Below are positions 57,098-64,000 of a stretch of 64,000 bases of DNA, piece after piece. The notes under the pieces are model-generated. The model did no database searches. It was given only the letters and a program-made list of their open reading frames with translations, and was not told where the DNA came from. The translations under genes and the position numbers were made by a program. Each line of letters opens with the position of its first letter. Within the stretch, counting starts at the first letter, position 1. The DNA comes from Chrysomallon squamiferum (taxonomy: Eukaryota > Animalia > Mollusca): assembly GCA_012295275.1 (NCBI GenBank), contig CM022670.1, positions 7,750,001 through 7,814,000 on the forward strand. The letters run 5' to 3'.

Positions 57098-57637
57098 ATT
57101 TTTCTTAGTTTTATTCGTTTCTTTTCTTCTTTTTTTCTTCTTCTTCTTCTTCTTCTTCTTCTTCTTCTTCTTCTTCTTCTTTTTGTTGTTGTTCTTATTA
57201 TTATTATTTATAATTTTATTATCAATGAAAACAGTCTAGGTCACCCTAACTCATCTTGAGTAATTCTCACGTGTTAAGCGTGTTAAAAACGGACTAGTTA
57301 ATAATTTACAAAGAAGAGAAAAACCTGTAAGTTATGTAAACGTCGATATACACTGTTTACTCGGAATGTGTCAGCACGTCTGATGAAAGTAAAACCAAGC
57401 TTGTAAATGTAGAAATATTGTTTATAATTACTGTAAATATCAATTTTCAGCTGAAGGGAAAAGTTAATTGATTTTGAAAATAGTGGCAGTTTTTAAAATA
57501 ATTTTGCTAATAACAGTTGTTGTTCTAATACCAGAAGTACTATTAGTATTTTGTGGGTAATGGTTGATGTACTGATACCTGGTGATATATTAGTAGTTTT
57601 AGTAGGGTAATGGTGTAGTAATAGATAGTAGTGAGCA

Positions 57638-57693
<56 letters not shown>

Positions 57694-58434
57694 ACAGCAG
57701 CAGCAGCATTGATACTAAATTAAATAACTAAATCAAATGTTACTACTTAATTAATTCGTGTTTTTATTTAACTCACATGAAATTACATAAAATCACTAAG
57801 AACAACTTCTACTACTGCTACCACATTTATCATTATCATTGTTATAATCACATCATCATTCAACATATCACCATAAACTGAATTTCTCCATGTCTCTGCA
57901 ACTATCTAAAGTTTATTGGTAAGTTCCTACTTACAGAATATCCTCATCAGCTCATAGTTATTCTGTCATTAATTGCATTTGAGTTCATGTGAGTGCAAAT
58001 TGCATAGAAACACCACCCCCTTTCCCCCCATTTATTTATTTTTGTTTTGTTTTTTATGAAGTTTCCTCAACTATACGTGGTGTAGCTTCATTTACATTAT
58101 TCCAAGGGAAAGAACTCTAGCTAGACAAATATATGTATTAGGCTAAGAAGTATAAATATTCGACTCAGCCTATATCACAGGCTTCAGTTTTTAAATCAGT
58201 TTATGTTAACGAATTTTTCTTCCAGCAAAATAAAAGATATGAATTTTTTTATTATTTTGTTAGATAAAAAAAATGATACATATATACATAAACATACATA
58301 CATAAAAACATACATACATACATACATACATAAATACATACATACATATATATATACATAAATACATACACGCGCATACACACAAACACATGAAAAAAAT
58401 AGAAAATGAAAACAGAGTTTTAATTTCAGGATAA

Positions 58435-58440
58435 TTTATT
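58435..58440 (-). terminator. Candidate polyadenylation signal (AATAAA) of the SUSD2-like gene
   Basis: TTTATT on plus at 58435-58440, about 230 nt after the stop, followed on minus by a T/GT-rich tract. Confidence 0.5.
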
Positions 58441-58667
58441 CACCAGTTCGTTTACACATAAGATTTGATCATCAGACATCAGTATTGGTAGGAAGCTACC
58501 AAACGTCATCATTTGTTTGTGTTAATTACACAGTAAGAGATCAGAATTCAGCAAACAGGTATTTTACAAAGATGACAACATATTCGCAGATACTCATGAA
58601 TTTTAGATAGGAAATTTGTTGATAATAACAACATGAATGTTCATATTTAGCACTTTAGACCGTTCAT

Positions 58668-58744
58668 CTAAATATCTCCTGAAAGGTAAAGCCAAGAGAA
58701 CAAAGACAATGCCAAATAAGGCAACAACATGTCTGCCTGCACAC
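58668..58744 (-). CDS. SUSD2-like terminal exon; hydrophobic C-terminus CVQADMLLPYLALSLFSWLYLSGDI* (GPI-signal-like); an alternative frame runs to 58603
   Basis: Strong acceptor TTGTTTTCTTTTCAG|G at 58745/58744. Phase 1 gives a TAG stop at 58670-58668. A poly(A) signal follows downstream. Confidence 0.6.
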
Positions 58745-59083
58745 CTGAAAAGAAAACAATATATATATATATATGAGAATTTTTTTATTTTCAAAAGGGC
58801 TTTAGAGACTAACGAATACACAAATAGACTGGAAAGGAGGTAATCGTTTTGCACTATCAGTAAAAATTCAGTGGTTCTTTACTTGTTTGTCATCATGAAG
58901 CAATGGCTACTCAGTATCAGTCTGTCAAACACAATTCTGGCAAAAATGGATTTAAGGCGTTCTGCATTGACCTTTTCATCCATCTATCTATCTGTCTATA
59001 CATACATATATACGTACGTGCGGACATATATATATATATATATGTATCTTTGTACACCTGATATATATATACACATGTATAAC

Positions 59084-59183
<100 letters not shown>

Positions 59184-59343
59184 TTTGTTGATTTTAATCA
59201 CGTTATTATCAACATCATTATCATCATCACCATCACTATTGTTTCTATCTTTCTTCCTTGGATTCAGAAACAGAGATAAAATACTGTTCCACGAGATTAT
59301 ATGCATTTACATAATGAATAAAATCTACAACCAAAACACCTAC

Positions 59344-59410
59344 ATGGATGTTCCCCTCTGTTATTATCATTCCTTGAGCTTAGTAATCCTTCATCGAAAT
59401 TTCCAGCATT
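59344..59410 (-). CDS. SUSD2-like small exon NAGNFDEGLLSSRNDNNRGEHP (end of VWD); not in the ORF track
   Basis: Strong acceptor T-tract+ACAG| at 59411/59410 (phase 0). GLL matches the VWD GL(L/C)G motif. Donor AT|GTAGGT at 59344/59343, with an alternative donor AG|GTGTTT at 59340/59339. Confidence 0.7.
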
Positions 59411-59572
59411 CTGTAAAAAAAAAAAAACACACACACATACGAAAAATTAAATATTGACAATTTTATGTTTCACAATATTATTGGATGTATTTTCATCGAT
59501 AATGGTCAACGTTTATTTCTGTTACATTTAGAACAAAATTTATTAAATGCATCTAAATTAATAAAACTCTAC

Positions 59573-59718
59573 CTTAAACTCTGGGGGTAAAATTACATCC
59601 AGTTTTGGTGGTAATTCGCTTGCATTTACTCTAATACCAACTTGAGAATCCAGTATTATTATGAAGATTCCATGACGATCAAGTTGGGTCTTTGGTTCTT
59701 CTGATATGATAGTAACAC
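59573..59718 (-). CDS. SUSD2-like exon, VWD domain (..DSQVGIRV..VILPPEFK)
   Basis: Acceptor ATGCAG|GT, donor AAG|GTAGAG, phases 1/0. LPxxF motif of the VWD end. Confidence 0.78.
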
Positions 59719-59806
59719 CTGCATCAGATATACAACATATAAACAATCACTGTATATAAATAATAATTATTTATTTATTTGTCTTTCTGTTATCTGTAAT
59801 ATATAT

Positions 59807-60660
59807 AAGCGCAAGACTAAAGCGCGCTAACAATAAAACATTTAATATTACTATTATTATTATTATTTTAATTATTATTTAAGAAACATTAGTATAAAAA
59901 TCATAAACTTCAAACGTGTTGTTCCACATTATAAGAAATTCCTCATAGGTAGTCTACGACTTCAGTTTCTTAAAATTGTCCAACGAGCGTTAGGAGGGCT
60001 TCTTCGGCACTCGCAAACTTGGTATTTTTTAAATTACAGACTGGCCAGCTTTAACACATGTCATCTCCGCTCAGTGTTTTTTTTTTTTGCCGAAACTGTG
60101 ACGTTTTCTCTCCATGAAAGAACACTGTTGCTTGAATCAAAATCAGATGTTTCGAGAAGACAGATCATTGTAGATAGACACTGCTTCACTTCAGTTTCAG
60201 ACACATTCGGTACGTGATTGTGCACTGTCACATTTGTCACTTGATTATCGTTCTGATGTATCCGATTTGGACATTTTCTTTGAAGTACAGCGCCAAGAAG
60301 CTTTTCCGTTGCTCAACTTTCTGTCAAAACCATAAATGAATCCATCCACAGATTTATGCAACTGACCCTTCTGGGTAGTAAACTCCATTTTTGTTGAGGA
60401 GTAATTTTTATCAAGCTTTATAGAAAATTAAAAAAAAACAAAAAAAATCTGCGCAGTCATGTAGGGATTCGGTAATAGGCGTGCTTTTATTTTAAGCTTT
60501 AAGATCACAACTGACAATTATGACATATTGTCCATAGATTCGTTTTGTGCCAGGATTAAATTTTGATGAAAATGACGATTATATCGTTTAGATCTGTATC
60601 TACTAAGGGTTCTTTTATCGGCGCGTTTTTGTCTTGCGCGCTTGTGCTGATGTGCCATGC
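59807..60660 (-). mobile_element. Degenerate, internally deleted Mutator-like (FLYWCH-MULE) DNA transposon in an intron of the SUSD2-like gene
   Basis: Imperfect inverted repeats AAGCGCAAGACTAAAGCGCGC..ATAAAA (59807-59838) and TTTTATCGGCGCGTTTTTGTCTTGCGCGCTT (60613-60643) enclose frameshifted transposase fragments. Confidence 0.75.
59910..60388 (-). pseudogene. MULE transposase remnant: FLYWCH zinc finger fused to the C-terminal end
   Basis: From the ATG at 60388: MEFTTQKGQLHKSVDGFIYGFDRKLSNGKASWRCTSK, then a +1 frameshift to CPNRIHQNDNQVTNVTVHNH (FLYWCH pattern WRC..C..HxH). Ends ..EEALLTLVGQF*ETEVVDYL*GISYNVEQHV*, resembling the YLRxIxxN C-terminus of animal MULE transposases. Confidence 0.75.
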
Positions 60661-60960
60661 ATATATACAGTAAATAAATAAGTAGAACAAAAACATCATA
60701 AAAAAAAAAAGATTAATTTTTGTTTTAGTTATTGGTTAATATTTAAGTTTCCTCATTTGTATTCAGTATTATTTTCAATCTTTAGAATGTACAAAAGAAA
60801 GCAACAAGTAATTTATATAACAAGTGGACAATCTGAAGAATTACATTTACTGACAACAATAAACAATTTAACACACACACACACATATACATGGATATTA
60901 TACATATATATGAATTTATATAAACTGAAAAAAGTAAATACTATAAGTGTAAACATTTAC

Positions 60961-61131
60961 CTCTGAAATCTTGCATTGTTAGAGGCTCCTCGTCAAAGAA
61001 TTTGACTTCATCGTCAACGTAGACAAGCAGACGATGAGTTGTCAGATTTCGCGGAGACTGGATAATTTTTACAGTTTGACTGTTTTTACCTTTCACAATC
61101 ACACCAGTCAGAACTAACCCCTGACTCAGAT
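60961..61131 (-). CDS. SUSD2-like exon, VWD domain
   Basis: Acceptor TTTTCACAG|AT, donor AG|GTAAAT, phases 1/1. Open frame LSQGLVLTGVIVKGKNSQTV..LLVYVDDEVKFF. Confidence 0.8.
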
Positions 61132-61375
61132 CTGTGAAAATAAAACACCTTTCAGAGTTCATCTCTTACATCGTTCATTATAAAAGTGTATTAGTACATT
61201 TATGTGTATCTGCGCATGCTTGAGAGATGAGGTAGGCCTGAGTGCATTCGTGTGATCACAGTCTCACAATAAGCACATCATTAAGAATTAGCAAACATTT
61301 ATTTTAATTTATGTCAAATCTCTTCAAGAAGCACGCATAACTAATAACTATGACATATTTGTAGGTTTCTCTTAC

Positions 61376-61489
61376 TTTTAAACCGTCCTTGTATCGAGAT
61401 ACTTTCAGATTTGTAAAACCATACATCATCTTCTTCATCCAAGTTATACTCTAATCCATCGAAGGTCTTCACGATACTAGATACTGATA
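61376..61489 (-). CDS. SUSD2-like exon, start of VWD domain (..IVKTFDGLEYNL..IQGRF)
   Basis: TFDG and QGRF motifs of VWD. Acceptor TGTGCAG|TA, donor A|GTAAGA, phases 1/1. Confidence 0.82.
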
Positions 61490-61854
61490 CTGCACACAAA
61501 AAATGATATATATATACAAACACATATGCACAAACATACATACACACACAAACATGCATTCATAAATATTCATATATATTTATATTTGATGCTAGATCAA
61601 ATTGCTGAAATAAACAATTATTAAATTGTTTTCTAAACCACTGTTTTATTTATTTCTAGTAACCATTAAATATATTTATAGCTGCTATAACATCATATAA
61701 TTAATTGTAAGTTAAAAATGAATGGATTGTATTATTAAATAAAAACATGTTTCCTTTTCTTCTCTATACTTAGCTCCAAATTTCTATATGAATATATTTT
61801 TATATTTTTATTTATTTATCTGTTTATTTATTTATTTGTCTGTGAGACACTAAC

Positions 61855-62105
61855 CAAGTTTAGGAAGTCTGTACGGAGGTGTGTCTTTGAGTGGTCTAAG
61901 TTCTAAGTATTTCCGTGTATTATTGCTCCACTTCATACAGAAGTAGACAGGTATGATGTCACGTATCCAGTGTGAAGCTGATGGGACGTAGCCAGGTTTG
62001 TTGTAGGGCGTGGCTCCCCAGTCGTGACTTCGATCTGGAGTACTCTTGTTAGCAATGAGACTGGAGTCAGGACCGTAACAACACTGATTACCTGCTCCTT
62101 TTGAA
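61855..62105 (-). CDS. SUSD2-like exon, C-terminal half of AMOP domain
   Basis: GAGNQCCY..STPDRSHDWGATPYNKPGYVPSASHWIRD is typical of the SUSD2/Mesh AMOP domain. Acceptor TATTTCAG|T, donor G|GTTAGT, phases 2/1. Confidence 0.9.
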
Positions 62106-62378
62106 CTGAAATAGATCATAAATTATGTATACATCAATATTTGTATATCAGATTATGGTGTCATTTATTAATGTAATAATTCATGCAAAGCACACAAAAT
62201 GTGAAATACACTTCAGATGAATTTCTTTCTTGCTAAAATAAATTATCCCAGTATATACTAAATACTTCCAAGCTTTGCTTAATTTTTTATTTATTTACTT
62301 TTTAAGAAAGCAGTTTATCAGTATTATTTTTCTTTCATGCTTCGTTGATAGCAACGGTTCTAGTATTTTAATACAAAC

Positions 62379-62666
62379 GTAGGTTTGAAGGAACGAGCGC
62401 AGTGAACTGAAGGTTTGTGTAAGTTGCAGTTTGTCTCGCTGTTGCTGTAGATGTTGCAGGCGTCGTCTTGTTGCCAACGTCCAAAGTCTGAAATGGCTTG
62501 CTCCATCGTGGTAGGACACGGCAGAAGATCTTCCAACCAAGAGTTGTCTTTCTTGTCCTCGTCGTGCCATTTGTTACATCTGACATCAGTCCAGTTACTT
62601 CCATATTGTGACGTCATGTTGTCAGATATAAACCAGCCTATAGGTGTTATTTTACTGGTCAAGGCA
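62379..62666 (-). CDS. SUSD2-like exon, N-terminal half of AMOP domain
   Basis: CNKWHDED..LLPCPTTMEQAISDFGRWQQDDAC..CNLH..HCARS fits the AMOP consensus. Acceptor CTTTAG|T, donor AC|GTTTGT, phases 2/2. Confidence 0.88.
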
Positions 62667-62719
62667 CTAAAGTGTAACAAAACTCAAAATTATGCATGGG
62701 TGTTTGTGAGTGTGTGATT

Positions 62720-63175
62720 AAAGTATAAATAAAATTATATTTAAGATATTATTTATGTTGTTCTTGTTATTATTTATACAAAATAAAAGTATAATAAATA
62801 TATATTTAAGATATTATTCATGTTGCTCCTGTTATGTCTTATTCAAAGATAAAAGTATAACTAAATATATGTTTAAGATATTATTTATGTTTCTCTGGTT
62901 ATTTTATACATAAAGACAAAAATATAAATAAATCTATATTTAAGATGTTATTTATGCTGTTTTTGTTGTTTTTTATATAAAAGTATAAATAAATTTACAT
63001 TTAATATATTATTTATGTTGTTATTTATATAAAGATAAAAGTATAACTAAATATATGTTTAATAAGTTATTTATGTTGTTCCCCTTATTTTGTTTAAAGA
63101 TAAAAGTATAAATAAATATATATTTAAGTTATTACTTATGTTATTCTTGTTATTTTGTATATAAAGATCAATATA
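62720..63175. repeat. AT-rich minisatellite, ~58-60-bp unit, ~8 copies (intronic)
   Basis: Repeated TAAAAGTATAA(A/C)TAAATATAT(A/G)TTTAAGATATTATTTATGTTG. Confidence 0.88.
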
Positions 63176-63302
63176 AACAGTTCAGCCACATTTAGCGTTA
63201 CACTCATTATCTTTATATTACAATGAAGACAGGAGTTGAAATGCATGAATCAAATTACAAAATTGTAAAGAATTAACACTGATTCTATTAAATATCACTT
63301 AC

Positions 63303-63469
63303 ACATGAGTATTTGAATATTCCCAGTCTTTTTTTCTTAAACCAACTTCAATCGCTCCAATATCAAAATTACATCTGTCACCTGAACATCGATGTTGTGA
63401 AGGTGAAAATGAAAATGTTCCAGAGTTTTTGACTTGATTTCCTAGAGTTGTTAGTTCTCTCCATTCTGT
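63303..63469 (-). CDS. SUSD2-like exon (TEWRELTTLGNQVKNSGTFSFSP..)
   Basis: Acceptor TTTTCAACAG|ACA (phase 0), donor GT|GTAAGT (phase 2). Includes the NSGxFSF motif seen in this family. Confidence 0.8.
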
Positions 63470-63541
63470 CTGTTGAAAATGTGATAATATTTTACTCATA
63501 AAAATAATTAATGATTAATATCAGATACAGATGTACTTGTA

Positions 63542-63728
63542 GTATTATATAATTGATAAATTTTCTTGTTGTAACATATCACAAATATATCTATGTACAT
63601 GTGTATTATATAATTGATAAATTTACTTATTGTAACATATCACAAACATATCTATCTATATGTGTATTATATAACTGATAAATTTTCTTGTTGTAACATA
63701 TCACAAATATATCTATCTATATGTGATA
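63542..63728. repeat. Minisatellite, ~61-bp unit, 3 copies (intronic)
   Basis: GTATTATATAATTGATAAATTTTCTTGTTGTAACATATCACAAATATATCTAT.. occurs three times. Confidence 0.9.
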
Positions 63729-63775
63729 TTAATATTTCACTGAAACATCTACATGTGGTAATTTGATCCACTGAC

Positions 63776-63951
63776 CTCGTTTTCCGTTTCTCTGTATCCG
63801 ATTAACTTTACATCTACAGACACAGTGTTATTGTTTGAAATAAGACTTGAATTCCAAGTTAGGGTCAGATTAGTTGGATTAATATCTGTCCATTGTTGAT
63901 CTTTGTTTCCTTTTTCTAGCTTCACCTTGTATGGATATCTTCCCATTAGTG
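63776..63951 (-). CDS. SUSD2/Mesh-family AMOP-VWD gene, first exon visible in the window (gene continues upstream)
   Basis: Acceptor TTTCAG| at 63952/63951 (phase 1), donor GAG|GTCAGT at 63776/63775 (phase 0). Peptide ..NLTLTWNSSLISNNNTVSVDVKLIGYRETENE resembles the pre-AMOP region of SUSD2/Mesh. Confidence 0.8.
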
Positions 63952-64000
63952 CTGAAACAGTCAATCAGTATACTTCATGTATTTAAAAAAACAGTATGGT

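Noticed and set aside
62720-63728. Regularly spaced ~60-bp repeats superficially like CRISPR arrays
   Set aside because: Whole units are repeated with no unique spacers, there are no cas genes, and the context is eukaryotic introns, so they are minisatellites.

Overview
AT-rich, microsatellite-dense eukaryotic (animal, probably invertebrate; mollusc-like is only a guess) genomic DNA. It holds two spliced minus-strand genes. (1) A complete ANKRD50 orthologue: coding exons 42402-39934, 16428-16286 and 15416-13859, giving 1389 aa with an N-terminal P-loop NTPase, an ankyrin array, a Ser-rich tail and a C-terminal PDZ-binding motif KKETPL. It has a 23.5-kb coding intron, candidate non-coding first exon(s) and a probable intron just after the stop codon. 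(2) The 3' nine exons of a SUSD2/Mesh-family AMOP+VWD gene (63951-58668), whose 5' end lies outside the window. One of its introns carries an internally deleted Mutator-like (FLYWCH-MULE) DNA transposon that the ORF track misses. Best leads: the ANKRD50 stop is UGA-CUAG, a known leaky-stop context, so readthrough would mask the PDZ ligand; and the last exon of the SUSD2-like gene encodes a GPI-signal-like tail in one frame and a TM helix plus cytoplasmic tail in another, selectable by two splice donors 4 nt apart. Nearly all other ORF-track entries are microsatellite or chance ORFs. All splice junctions were derived by hand from GT-AG signals and phase continuity, not from transcript data.
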